The translations under genes and the position numbers were made by a program. DNA of 64,000 nt. It comes from Methanomassiliicoccaceae archaeon. Lineage in GTDB: Archaea; Thermoplasmatota; Thermoplasmata; Methanomassiliicoccales; Methanomethylophilaceae. Below are positions 9,771 through 19,191 of the stretch, one piece after another (within the stretch, counting starts at the first letter, position 1; every line of letters begins with the position of its first letter). The DNA is taken from the NCBI GenBank assembly GCA_003550345.1, contig PUJZ01000027.1, forward strand, positions 15,134-79,133, written 5' to 3'. A model generated the notes under the pieces. It was not told the DNA's origin. It saw nothing but the letters and a program-made list of their open reading frames with translations, and made no database searches.

Positions 9771-10859
9771 ATGAGCGTCAACGGAGCAGCGACGCGCTTC
9801 CTGATCCTCGGCGGGTTCCTGGGAGCGGGGAAGACCACATTGGCCGTGAACCTGGCCAAGGCCATGAAGGAGGCCCACGGCAAGTCTGTCGCCATCATCA
9901 CCAACGACCAGGGCGACGTGCTGGTGGACACCGAGTACACCAAGGACTCCGGCTTCGACGTGCAGGAGGTCCTGGGGGGCTGCTTCTGCGCCAACTTCGA
10001 CGAGTTCGTGCACAACGCCCGCTCCCTGGTCTCCATGGGCAGGCCGGACGTGATCATCGCCGAGCCCATCGGGACCTCCACCAACATACTCGCCTCGGTG
10101 GTGGCTCCGCTTAAGACCCTCTACCCGGAAGAGTTCGACGTGGCGCCGCTCTGCGTGGTGGTCGACTGCCTTCGGGCGCTTCAGAACATCGAGGAGGGCG
10201 GCAGGGAGGGGATGATCCCCTCCCATCAGATGCGGGAGGCGGAGGTGGTCATCCTCTCCAAGGCCGACAGGGTGAGGGGCGACCAGCTGGAGCGGATCAA
10301 GGAGGAGCTTATGAGGCAGGTCCCGGAGGCGGAGCTCATCGACACCTCGTCGCTCGACCTGCGTAACCTGCCGTCGTTGATCGGCATGGTGCTCTCCGAG
10401 CGCCGCAGCGAGAAGCTGCCCGTCAACGACCCCAACCAGAACTTCGCCTTCGAGAAGGCCAGGCTGGGATGGTATTCCAGCACATATCTGGTCTCCAGCG
10501 AGGACAGGGTCGACATGTACGCCCTCATCACCGAGACCATAAGGGCGGTGGCCGCCGAGTACGACCCCCGTTCGATCGCCCACGTGAAGATGGTGCTGAG
10601 CTCAGAGGAGGCCGCCGCCAAGATGTCCCTTGTCCAGGACTCCATGCAGGTGGACGGCATACATGGGTCGCGCTACTTCCGCGGGCAGGGGAGGCTGGTG
10701 CTGAACGCGCGGGTGGAGTCGCCGCCGGTGCGCTTGGAGAGCGTTATGAGGAAGGTCGTGTCGGAGGCCGCGGGACGGCACTCGCTGCGCCTGGAGAGGG
10801 AGAGCGAGTCCTGCTTCTCCCCCCGCCCGGAGTCCCCCAGCCATTACCTGTTCGAATGA
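9771..10859 (+). CDS. CobW/P47K (G3E) family GTPase metallochaperone
   Basis: GGFLGAGKTT Walker A, ITNDQG, GCFC, EPIG, SKAD. Confidence 0.85.
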   Translation: MSVNGAATRFLILGGFLGAGKTTLAVNLAKAMKEAHGKSVAIITNDQGDVLVDTEYTKDSGFDVQEVLGGCFCANFDEFVHNARSLVSMGRPDVIIAEPIGTSTNILASVVAPLKTLYPEEFDVAPLCVVVDCLRALQNIEEGGREGMIPSHQMREAEVVILSKADRVRGDQLERIKEELMRQVPEAELIDTSSLDLRNLPSLIGMVLSERRSEKLPVNDPNQNFAFEKARLGWYSSTYLVSSEDRVDMYALITETIRAVAAEYDPRSIAHVKMVLSSEEAAAKMSLVQDSMQVDGIHGSRYFRGQGRLVLNARVESPPVRLESVMRKVVSEAAGRHSLRLERESESCFSPRPESPSHYLFE

Positions 10860-10937
10860 TCGGGCGCACCGTCCTTTTGTCCAGTCAAACCCCTAATATC
10901 TGGGCAAATGTCGCCCCCCCTTATCTAAGCTAGCAAA

Positions 10938-10967
10938 AAAAAGCACTATTCTTAATATATGCTTTTT
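10938..10967. promoter_or_regulatory. Inverted repeat enclosing the probable TATA box of the 11000 gene
   Basis: AAAAAGCA-ctattcttaatata-TGCTTTTT. Confidence 0.4.
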
Positions 10968-10999
10968 ACAATCACCCATGCGATATTCGGAGGGCAGAC

Positions 11000-12604
11000 A
11001 TGTTTTGCATTGAGAATTCTAGATCGACCACCGGTACCAGCACCAGGGTCAAGGATATAGCGTCAATAAACGGGATGTGCCCCCTCTGCCTGGAGAGGTG
11101 CAACGTCCTCTGCGAGGTGGGCAAGTCCGCTTTCCGCGGCAGGGAGGTGCTCTATCCCAGCCCCGAGCACTTCGGCCGCAGCACGGCGGGCTCCAACAAG
11201 AACTACTACCTCGACTGGTCGCATTTCCAGATAATGGCAGAGCTGATGGAGGCCAAGGGCATCGAGTCCGACCCCGACCTGGCCTTCTTCGAGAACGCCG
11301 ACGTGTCCACCGTGGTGGGGGGGCGCTCGAAGAGGCCCATCAAGATGAAGCTGCCGGTGCACATCGCCGGCATGGGCTCCACCGCTGTCGCCAAGCGGCA
11401 CTGGGAGGGCATGGCCAAAGGCGCCGCCATCAGCGGCGTCATACACGTCATCGGCGAGAACATCTGCGGCATGGACAAGGACGCGGTCTACTCCAACGGA
11501 GATGTGCAGCGCTCCCCGGACCTCGAGTTCCGCGTCAACTCTTTCAACGAGCTTTGGGACGGCGAGCACGGACGGATCGTACTCCAGACCAACATCGAGG
11601 ACGGACGCGCCAACGTGGAGGACTACGCCATGTCCAAGCTGGAGGTGGACGCTCTGGAGAGGAAATGGGGCCAGGGCGCCAAGGCCATCGGCGGCGAGGT
11701 GCGCATTAGCAGCCTGGAGAGGGCCTTGGAGCTCAAGGGCCGCGGCTACCTGGTGCTCCCCGACCCCGAGGACCCCAAGGTGCAGCAGGCCTTCAACGAC
11801 GGCCTGTTCCGCAGCTTCGAGCGTCACAGCCGGGTGGGCTTCCCCACCATGGAGGGCTTCCTGGAGGAGTGCGACACCTTCCGCCAGAAGGGGGCCAAGA
11901 ACATATTCCTCAAGACCGGGGCCTACCGCCCCGAGGTGGTGGCCTTCACCATGGCCGCCGCCTCCGAGGCCAAGATAGACCTGCTGACCTTCGACGGTGC
12001 CGGCGGCGGCACAGGCATGAGCCCGGTGCCGATGATGAACGAGATGGGCACCCCCACGATCCACCTGATCGCCGAGGTCATGAAGTGCGCCGAGATCCTG
12101 AAGGCGAAGGGGAGGTTCGTCCCCGACCTGTCGTTCGCGGGCGGCTTCCTCAACGAGGCGCAGATGTACAAGGCGATGGCCTGGAGCGATCTGGGCGACG
12201 GCCCGTTGGTAAAGTCGATAGCCATGGCGCGCAGCCCGCTGCTGGCGGTGATGAAGAGCCGTTTCTTCACCGAGCTGGCGGAGCAGAACAAGCTCCCCAC
12301 CGGGTTCCAGGCGCTCTACGGCAGCGACCCCCATCAGTTCTTCATCGCCCAGGAGGAGCTTCAGGACCGCTTCCCCGACCACAAGGTGGGCGAGGACATC
12401 CCCTGGGGCGCGGTGGGACTCTACACCTACTTCAGCGAGCGCACCGTGGAGGGGCTCAAGCAGCTGATGGCGGGGACGCGCAAGTTCCGCCTGGACTGCA
12501 TCGAGAGGGGAGACCTCAACACCCTGACCGAGTACGCGGCCAAGGTCAGCGGCATCGAGACCATCGACCAGCGCGCGGCGCGGGTGATGGAGAGCCTGCT
12601 TTAA
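11000..12604 (+). CDS. FMN-binding glutamate synthase family protein (stand-alone)
   Basis: N-terminal CxxCxxxCxxxC, KWGQGAKAIGGE, LKTGAY, DGAGGGTGMSP. Confidence 0.85.
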   Translation: MFCIENSRSTTGTSTRVKDIASINGMCPLCLERCNVLCEVGKSAFRGREVLYPSPEHFGRSTAGSNKNYYLDWSHFQIMAELMEAKGIESDPDLAFFENADVSTVVGGRSKRPIKMKLPVHIAGMGSTAVAKRHWEGMAKGAAISGVIHVIGENICGMDKDAVYSNGDVQRSPDLEFRVNSFNELWDGEHGRIVLQTNIEDGRANVEDYAMSKLEVDALERKWGQGAKAIGGEVRISSLERALELKGRGYLVLPDPEDPKVQQAFNDGLFRSFERHSRVGFPTMEGFLEECDTFRQKGAKNIFLKTGAYRPEVVAFTMAAASEAKIDLLTFDGAGGGTGMSPVPMMNEMGTPTIHLIAEVMKCAEILKAKGRFVPDLSFAGGFLNEAQMYKAMAWSDLGDGPLVKSIAMARSPLLAVMKSRFFTELAEQNKLPTGFQALYGSDPHQFFIAQEELQDRFPDHKVGEDIPWGAVGLYTYFSERTVEGLKQLMAGTRKFRLDCIERGDLNTLTEYAAKVSGIETIDQRAARVMESLL

Positions 12605-12648
12605 GGGGCGCCGCCCCACCCTTACCTTTTATTTCCCTGGCAGCGCGC

Positions 12649-13425
12649 TCAGATGGTGGTGCTGTCGTAATGGCCGCGGAACGGCCGGCTGTCCAGGGGC
12701 ATCACCTTGCGCAGCGGCACGGTGCGGTCGACGGTGGCGGCGAAGGCCGCCTCGTACTGGGAAATCAGGTCCTCCGCCGCGGCGGCGTCCCTTTCGTCCA
12801 GCTCGGCCAGGCAGGCGCCGGGCCCCAGCTGGTGCCCCTCCAGCCCCCCCCGCACGAAGATCCTCCCCCCGTGCATGCCGGCGCCCACGTTCAGCCCCAC
12901 CGGGGATTCCGGGCAGTTAATCCCCATCACCAGTATGGTCCCTCCCGCCATGTACTCGCCCAGATAGTCGTTGACGAATCCGCCGATGACCAGTGACGGG
13001 CCGCTGCCCTCGAACTCCTTGATGTGTATGCCCACCCGGTAGCCGCTGTTGCCCTTCACCAGCAGGGTGCCGCCCCGCGCCGCCAGGCCGGTGATGTCCC
13101 CGGAGTTGCCGTGGACCACTATCCTGCCTTCGTTCATGGTGTTGGCGGTGACGTCCTGGGCGTTGCCGAAGACCTCCAAGGTGCCGCCGTTCAGGAAGGC
13201 CCCCAGGTCGTTGCCGGGGGTGCCGTGGATCTCGATGCGCATCCCCGGGCTCCCGGTGGCGGAGGCGATGTAGCGCTGGCCCATCACATTCATCAGCACG
13301 ATGCGTTCCTGGCCCTCGCTCAGCGCCTTGCGTATCCGGCGGTTGAGCTCACGGTAGTCCAGCGGGTGGCCCAGCTGGTTGCGCTCGCCGGCGTCGATGA
13401 CCACGGTGCTGTTGTCGTCCTTCAT
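12649..13425 (-). CDS. Glutamate synthase GXGXG (domain 3) subunit
   Basis: GQRYI, GTPGNDLGAF, GNAQD, GYRVGIH, GEYMAGG, GAGMHGG repeats; ATGA overlap with upstream subunit. Confidence 0.9.
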   Translation of the reverse strand: MKDDNSTVVIDAGERNQLGHPLDYRELNRRIRKALSEGQERIVLMNVMGQRYIASATGSPGMRIEIHGTPGNDLGAFLNGGTLEVFGNAQDVTANTMNEGRIVVHGNSGDITGLAARGGTLLVKGNSGYRVGIHIKEFEGSGPSLVIGGFVNDYLGEYMAGGTILVMGINCPESPVGLNVGAGMHGGRIFVRGGLEGHQLGPGACLAELDERDAAAAEDLISQYEAAFAATVDRTVPLRKVMPLDSRPFRGHYDSTTI

Positions 13426-14936
13426 CCCCATCCCTCCCCGGAGTGCTTGACGTCGAGTATCTCGGCGATGCGGGGGTTGGGGCCGATGTAGCGCAGCCGG
13501 TCCCGGTTCCCCACCAGGCTCTCCACCGAGTCGATGCCCATGGCCCCCATTATCTCCTTCAGCTCCTCGTTCCAGGCGTGGAACATGTTGATCACCCGCT
13601 GGGCGGCAACCTCGGTGTCCAGACGGTTCGCCAGCTCCGGTATCTGGGTGGCTATCCCCCAGCTGCAGGCGCCGCGGTGGCACTGCTGGCAGACGGTGCA
13701 TCCCATGGCGACCATCGCCGAGGTGCAGACCCCGACCACGTCCGCGCCGAGGGCGATGCACTTGATCATGTCGGCGGCGGTGCGTATGCTGCCGGAGGCG
13801 CAGAGGGTCACCTTGTCCCTCAGCCCCTCCTCCTGCAAGCGCTGGTCAACGGCGGACACCGCTATCTCTATCGGCATCCCCGCATGGTCCCTGATGACCC
13901 GCGGGGCGGATCCGGTGCCGCCGCGCAGCCCGTCGATGGTGAGGAAGTCCGCGCCGGCGCGGACGATGCCCGAGGCGATGGCGCCGACGTTGTGGACCGC
14001 GGCTATCTTCACGCCCACCGGCACTCGGTACTCGGTGGACTCCTTCAGCACCGATATCAGCTGCTGCAGGTCCTCGATGCTGTAGATGTCGTGATGGGGG
14101 TAGGGGGAGAGGGCGTCCGTCCCCAGGGGGATCATGCGCGTCTCCGATATCAGCTTCTGGACCTTCTCCCCGGGCAGGTGGCCGCCATGGCCGGGCTTGG
14201 CGCCCTGGCCTATCTTGATGTCCACGCAGGAGACCTCCTTCAGGTATTGGCTGGTGACGCCGAACCTGCCGCTGGCCACCTCGGCGCAGAGGTTCTTCGA
14301 ATGGCAATAGAAATCGTTGTGGAGGCCGCCCTCGCCGGTGCCGGCGAGTATGTTGAGCTCGGTGGCGGCGCGGAACAGCGCCGCCTGGGCGTTGTAGCTA
14401 ATCGAGCCCAGCGATATGTGCCCGATCATTATCGGCATGTCCATGACCACAATGGGCGTCTCGCTGGCATCGAGGTCTATCTTCCCGTCCTCATCGACCA
14501 CCACCTTGCCGGGCCTCCGGCCCAGATAGGTCTTGGTCTCCACCGGCTCCCGCAGCGGATCGATGGAGGGGTTGGTGACCTGGGCCGCGTCGAGCAGTAT
14601 GTCGTTGAATATGTCCATGTACTCGGCGTTGGCCCCGCAGGAGGAGAGCAGCACCCCGCCGGAGTTGGCCTGGGCCATGATGCTCCGCCGAATCTCGGGG
14701 CTGAATACCGCATGGGGGGCGTAGGAGCTGGGCCTCTCCACCACGGTGATGGCGGACGTGGGGCAGTCGATGACGCAGCGCAGGCAGGAGACGCAGCCAT
14801 CCTTCACCCTCACCTTGTCGTCCTTGAACTCCAGCGCGTTGTACGAGCATGACTTGATGCAGCGCTTGCAGCGGATGCAGGCCTCCCGGTCTATCAGGGG
14901 GAGGTACTTCTCGGGCACCTTGATGACGGTCCTCAT
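13422..14936 (-). CDS. Archaeal glutamate synthase FMN subunit with 2x[4Fe-4S]
   Basis: Two ferredoxin motifs, TGEGG, SGRFGV, KIGQGAKPGHGGHLPGEKV, SPYPHHDIYSIEDL, GCTVCQQCHRGACSWGIAT. Confidence 0.93.
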   Translation of the reverse strand: MRTVIKVPEKYLPLIDREACIRCKRCIKSCSYNALEFKDDKVRVKDGCVSCLRCVIDCPTSAITVVERPSSYAPHAVFSPEIRRSIMAQANSGGVLLSSCGANAEYMDIFNDILLDAAQVTNPSIDPLREPVETKTYLGRRPGKVVVDEDGKIDLDASETPIVVMDMPIMIGHISLGSISYNAQAALFRAATELNILAGTGEGGLHNDFYCHSKNLCAEVASGRFGVTSQYLKEVSCVDIKIGQGAKPGHGGHLPGEKVQKLISETRMIPLGTDALSPYPHHDIYSIEDLQQLISVLKESTEYRVPVGVKIAAVHNVGAIASGIVRAGADFLTIDGLRGGTGSAPRVIRDHAGMPIEIAVSAVDQRLQEEGLRDKVTLCASGSIRTAADMIKCIALGADVVGVCTSAMVAMGCTVCQQCHRGACSWGIATQIPELANRLDTEVAAQRVINMFHAWNEELKEIMGAMGIDSVESLVGNRDRLRYIGPNPRIAEILDVKHSGEGWG

Positions 14937-16162
14937 CAGATCGCCCCCAGGAACGGCGCTTCGGTGCCGCGTCTGACTATCCCCTCGCCCAACTTGACCA
15001 CCGCCGGGTTGCCCGCTCGGGTGGCCCATATCTGCGCGTCGTACTGAACCGACTTGATGGCGCACTCCTCGCTGGCGGCGTAGACCGAGTTCCCGTCCTC
15101 CGACTCCCCCATCACCAGGGGGCGGAGCTTCTTGCGGTCCGCCAGCGCTATCATCGTGACCGGGTCGCTCCTTCCCACCAGTATGCTGAACGGGCCGTTG
15201 AGGAAGGCCTCCTTGTAGGTTATGCGCAGCTGGTTGGCCAGCCGGCGCTCGTCCTCGGGCAGCCTCTCGATGTCCCGGTAGTACCAGGGGGCCATGGCGA
15301 AGGCGGTGGCGGTCACAGGCAGCCGGTGGCGGCGCACCATGAGGTCCCAGAGGTAGGTGACCACCTCGGAGTCGGTGAGCAGGGTGCACTTGTAGCCGGC
15401 CATCTCCACCAGCTTGCGGTTGACGCCGTAGGAGGTTATCTCGCCATTGTGGCAGACGCTCCAGTCCAATATGCTGATGGGGTGCGAGCCCGCCCACCAG
15501 CCGGGGGAGTTGGTGGGGAAGCGGGAGTGGGACAGCCACATGCAGCCCTTGTAGCGCGAGATGTTGTAGAACTTGGCTATCTCGCGCGCATAGCCGGAGC
15601 CCTTGAACACCGCCATGTCCTTGCCGCTGGAGACGCAGTAAGAGCCGGGCACCGATTCGTTTATGGACATCACCAGGCGGACCATGTAGTCCTCCTCGCT
15701 CAGTCCGGTGCGCACATAGGCCTCGGTGCCGGTCTTGGGGCGCACGAAGTAACGCCAAACCAGAGGGAAAGGCGGGCTCATCCCCGACTGGGGGAAGGTG
15801 GGCACCTTCTCGTCCTTGATCATGTAGACCCATTCGGAGAGCGTCTCCTCGGTGAGGGCCTGGGACTCCTCGTTCTCGAAGAGGAACTGCATGCAGTACT
15901 CATCGGCGAAGTCGGGGAAGAGGCCGTATGCCACGAAGCCGGAGCCCAGGCCGTTCTCCCTCTCCGACATGGTGGTTATCATCTTCTCTATCTTGGACCC
16001 GGAGATCAGCGAGCCGTCGATGTTCATGCACCCGGCGATGCCGCAGCTCCCGTGACGGGGCTTGTGCCTTTCAGGTATGTCGACGAGGTAGCTGCGCTCG
16101 GAGAAGCTGCGGGGGGCCGCGGGTCCGCGTGGCGACGCCGTTCGCGTATCGTGTTGGTACAT
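14936..16162 (-). CDS. Glutamate synthase class II glutamine amidotransferase subunit
   Basis: CGIAG, ERENGLGSG, HSRFPTN, HNGEI, TDSEV, LNGPF, DRKKLRP, ASEE. Confidence 0.92.
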   Translation of the reverse strand: MYQHDTRTASPRGPAAPRSFSERSYLVDIPERHKPRHGSCGIAGCMNIDGSLISGSKIEKMITTMSERENGLGSGFVAYGLFPDFADEYCMQFLFENEESQALTEETLSEWVYMIKDEKVPTFPQSGMSPPFPLVWRYFVRPKTGTEAYVRTGLSEEDYMVRLVMSINESVPGSYCVSSGKDMAVFKGSGYAREIAKFYNISRYKGCMWLSHSRFPTNSPGWWAGSHPISILDWSVCHNGEITSYGVNRKLVEMAGYKCTLLTDSEVVTYLWDLMVRRHRLPVTATAFAMAPWYYRDIERLPEDERRLANQLRITYKEAFLNGPFSILVGRSDPVTMIALADRKKLRPLVMGESEDGNSVYAASEECAIKSVQYDAQIWATRAGNPAVVKLGEGIVRRGTEAPFLGAI

Positions 16163-16415
16163 GTGATCGAGACCTCACTGCCGGGCGGGAACGTGTACAC
16201 GTGCCGCTCGGTTCATGAGCACGAAACTTATGTCAGTATATCAAGTTTTTGTTTAAACATCTAATATTGATTCAATAATTAGACATATTGATAATTTATT
16301 GGAAAAAACAAGACATAGATTAGACATTCGTGAAAGGCGCGATGCCATCGGGGCCCCGCAACACCGATAAGCCTTGAATATATGGGGGAGCATGGTATTT
16401 CATGGTGACTGAGGC

Positions 16416-17009
16416 ATGAGGCTGAGAGACCTGGAGATGGAGCTGCAGAGGGTCCCGCCGATAGCGGACCCCGACGCGGGGCTGGAGCAGTACTCCACCC
16501 CCGCCCCCATAGCGGCCGACATGCTCTACACCGCCCTGGGCCACGGGGCCATAGCCGGCAGGAGGGTCATAGACCTGGGCTGCGGCAGCGGCATACTCTC
16601 CATCGGCGCCTGGCTCCTGGGCGCGGAGAGCGTCCTCGGCATCGACTCGTCCCCGGCGGCGCTGTCGCAGGCGCAGAGGGCCTGCGAGAGTGCGGGGGCG
16701 GAGGTCGAGCTGCGCCTCGCGGACGTGGAGGAGGTCGACGCCGAGGGCGACACCGTGGTCATGAACCCGCCCTTCGGCTGTCAGAGCAGGAACGCCGACC
16801 GCGCCTTCCTCCGCAAGGCGATGGAGGTGGCGGACGTCTCCTACTCGCTGCACATGCAGAGCACCCTGCCGTTCCTGGAGGATTACGCGGCCAGCATGGG
16901 CCGGGAGCTGTGGTTCCACAAAGCATATAAATACGATATCCCTCACTTGTTCACGTTCCACAGCCGGTCCAAGAGGACCGTCGACATAGTCATGATATCC
17001 ATAAGGTGA
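16416..17009 (+). CDS. METTL5-family RNA N6-adenine methyltransferase
   Basis: LEQYSTP, DLGCGSG, MNPPFG...AD.FL, FTFH. Confidence 0.9.
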   Translation: MRLRDLEMELQRVPPIADPDAGLEQYSTPAPIAADMLYTALGHGAIAGRRVIDLGCGSGILSIGAWLLGAESVLGIDSSPAALSQAQRACESAGAEVELRLADVEEVDAEGDTVVMNPPFGCQSRNADRAFLRKAMEVADVSYSLHMQSTLPFLEDYAASMGRELWFHKAYKYDIPHLFTFHSRSKRTVDIVMISIR

Positions 17010-17015
17010 TTTGTT

Positions 17016-17576
17016 ATGAAGGAGAGCAGAATAGTGCTTCCGGGCGAAGAGGTCGCTGTCGAGGAGGAGTACCTCGCCGCCGAGGGCACGTACAACCAGG
17101 ACGGTGTGATCTACGCTTCCCAGTATGGGGAGTTGGTGCTCAACCGTGAGGAGATGACCGCCAAGGTGGTCTCCCCCAACCCCCCCAACATACTGAGGCC
17201 GGGGGACACCGTGTTCGCGGTGATAGCCGACACCAAGCCCACCATGGCCACCTGCGACGTGGTCGCCAAGGAGGGCGTGAAGAGGAACGTGGGCGGGGAG
17301 ACATACGGCACCATCCACGTCTCCAAGATATCGCCGGGATACACCGAGGATGTGAGCAAGGAGTTCCGCAAGGGCGACATAATCAGGGGCAAGGTCACAC
17401 AGACCAAGCCCTCGCTGCAGATAGTGACCGTCGACCCTCATCTGGGCGTGATACTGGCCCGTTGCGGCAAGTGCCGCGGGCCGTTGCAGCCCAAGGGCAA
17501 GGGGCTCTACTGCGACAGCTGCGAGCTGAACGTCAGCAGGAAGACGGCCGACGATTACGGCAAGGTCGTCGTCTGA
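17016..17576 (+). CDS. csl4: Exosome RNA-binding subunit Csl4
   Basis: VLPGE..A..EEY..GEGTY, S1 domain (IHVSKI, GDIIRGKV), LGVI.A.C..C zinc ribbon, RK.A.DY. Confidence 0.93.
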   Translation: MKESRIVLPGEEVAVEEEYLAAEGTYNQDGVIYASQYGELVLNREEMTAKVVSPNPPNILRPGDTVFAVIADTKPTMATCDVVAKEGVKRNVGGETYGTIHVSKISPGYTEDVSKEFRKGDIIRGKVTQTKPSLQIVTVDPHLGVILARCGKCRGPLQPKGKGLYCDSCELNVSRKTADDYGKVVV

Positions 17577-17595
17577 GGGCAGGCGCGGAATCGAT

Positions 17596-17769
17596 ATGAC
17601 ATCGAACGAAGAGCTGATCAAGCAATTGAACGATCTCAGAGCGGAGATGCAGCAGATGAAGGAGATGGTCAGCATGCTCCTCTCCATGGTGGTGGAGATG
17701 GACGAGGACGATGAGGAGTACTGCGGCCCCACCATCGGCGGCATAGACGTGAGCCGGTTCAACAACTGA
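17596..17769 (+). CDS. Small acidic coiled-coil hypothetical protein (57 aa)
   Basis: Manual translation MTSNEELIKQLNDLRAEMQQMKEMVSMLLSMVVEMDEDDEEYCGPTIGGIDVSRFNN; fills the gap between csl4 and the next gene with typical codon usage. Confidence 0.7.
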   Translation: MTSNEELIKQLNDLRAEMQQMKEMVSMLLSMVVEMDEDDEEYCGPTIGGIDVSRFNN

Positions 17770-17775
17770 GGTGCG

Positions 17776-18405
17776 ATGATGAGGATGGTGGCCCTGCTTT
17801 CCGGCGGGATCGACTCCCCGGTGGCCGCCCATCTCATGGCACGCCGCGGCGCGGAGGTCCTCCTGCTGCACATGGACAACCGTCCCTACAGCGACGGTCG
17901 CAGCGTGGAGAAGGTGGAGCGGGTCGCCTCCCGGCTCCGTGAGCTCCACGGGGGGATGCCTCTGCATCTGGCCGACCACGGCTCCAACCAGGACGACATC
18001 GCCCGCGGCTGTGACCGCGCCTACCAGTGCGTACTGTGCAAGAGGCTCATGCTCGCCAGCGCCGAGGCCTTCGCCGAGAGCGTGGGCGCCGAGGCGCTGG
18101 TGATGGGGGACTCGTTGGGGCAGGTGGCCTCGCAGACTCTGCACAACATAAAGGCGTCCACGGCGGGCGTGAGCATGCCGGTGCTGAGGCCCCTCATCGG
18201 CCTGGACAAGCTGGAGATAGAGGCCGTCGCCAAAGAGATAGGCACCTACGGGCTCTCCATCGGCCCCGAGGCGTCCTGCCGCGCGGTGCCGCCCAAGCCG
18301 GTGACGGCCGCCGACCCTGAGAAGATGAGGGCCATGGAGTCCCGCCTCGACCTCGAGGCAATGGTGGCCAGGACGCTGGGCTCGATCAGGGTCAGTACTG
18401 CCTGA
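17776..18405 (+). CDS. ThiI-like PP-loop sulfurtransferase lacking THUMP domain
   Basis: LLSGGIDSPVA, CVLCKR, GDSLGQVASQT, RPLIGLDK, IGTY, SC..VP.KP. Confidence 0.82.
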   Translation: MMRMVALLSGGIDSPVAAHLMARRGAEVLLLHMDNRPYSDGRSVEKVERVASRLRELHGGMPLHLADHGSNQDDIARGCDRAYQCVLCKRLMLASAEAFAESVGAEALVMGDSLGQVASQTLHNIKASTAGVSMPVLRPLIGLDKLEIEAVAKEIGTYGLSIGPEASCRAVPPKPVTAADPEKMRAMESRLDLEAMVARTLGSIRVSTA

Positions 18406-18658
18406 TGGCCGGGCAGGCGTTCAGGTACTCGGGCTCGTAGAGCATGTCCATGGACACCCTGCTGATGTACATGGCCTGCACCCGGGATACGAAGAGGGTG
18501 TTGCCGCCGATCTCGATCCTTAGGTCGGAGCTCTTGGGCGGTTTCATCTCCACCGGCACCATCGCTGGCCCGTAGCAGGAGGTGCAGACACGGTAGTCCT
18601 TGCCGGCGGCCTCCATGTGGTCCTTCACCTCATCGTCCACGGCGATCTTCCTCAACAT
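18392..18658 (-). CDS. Small CxxC hypothetical protein (HesB-like)
   Basis: YRVCTSCYGP, KPPK.SD...IG.NTLFVS; AT-rich promoter upstream. Confidence 0.6.
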   Translation of the reverse strand: MLRKIAVDDEVKDHMEAAGKDYRVCTSCYGPAMVPVEMKPPKSSDLRIEIGGNTLFVSRVQAMYISRVSMDMLYEPEYLNACPAIRQY

Positions 18659-18729
18659 CGGCGTCGGATTCTGTTAATCATATATAATATGTTCACAAAA
18701 ACTAATAATCCAAGGATGGATTCCTCCGC

Positions 18730-19191
18730 ATGACCCTGGTGCTGGACAGTTCGGCCTTGTTCTCCATGCAGGACCTCCCCGGCGAGGACTGCGTCACCGT
18801 GCCGGGCGTCTGGGACGAGCTCCGCCGCCACAAGGACCCCCGCGCCGCCTATTGGGGGGGGCTTCTGCGCACCGCATCGCCCAGCGATGAGGCGCTGGCG
18901 GTGGTCCGCGGGGCGGCGGAGGACAGCGGCGACCAGGGGAGGATCTCCAGCACCGACTCCGAGCTTCTGGCCCTGGCCTGGGAGCTGAAGGCCCCGCTGC
19001 TCACCGATGACTACTCCATGCAGAACGTCGCGCGGGCCATAGGGGTGCGTTGCATCGCCGTCGGCGCCGAAGGCATCAGGAAGGTCTGGCGCTGGAGATA
19101 TCGTTGCCAGGGCTGCGGACGCAGCGAGGAGAGCGACCTGGGGGACTGCCCGGTCTGCGGCTCGCGGATGAGGAGCGTCCGCAAGCGCTGA
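18730..19191 (+). CDS. nob1: Nob1-type PIN endonuclease with Zn ribbon
   Basis: VLDSSA, IS.TD.ELLALA, TDDYSMQNVA, CQGC...CPVCGS. Confidence 0.88.
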   Translation: MTLVLDSSALFSMQDLPGEDCVTVPGVWDELRRHKDPRAAYWGGLLRTASPSDEALAVVRGAAEDSGDQGRISSTDSELLALAWELKAPLLTDDYSMQNVARAIGVRCIAVGAEGIRKVWRWRYRCQGCGRSEESDLGDCPVCGSRMRSVRKR

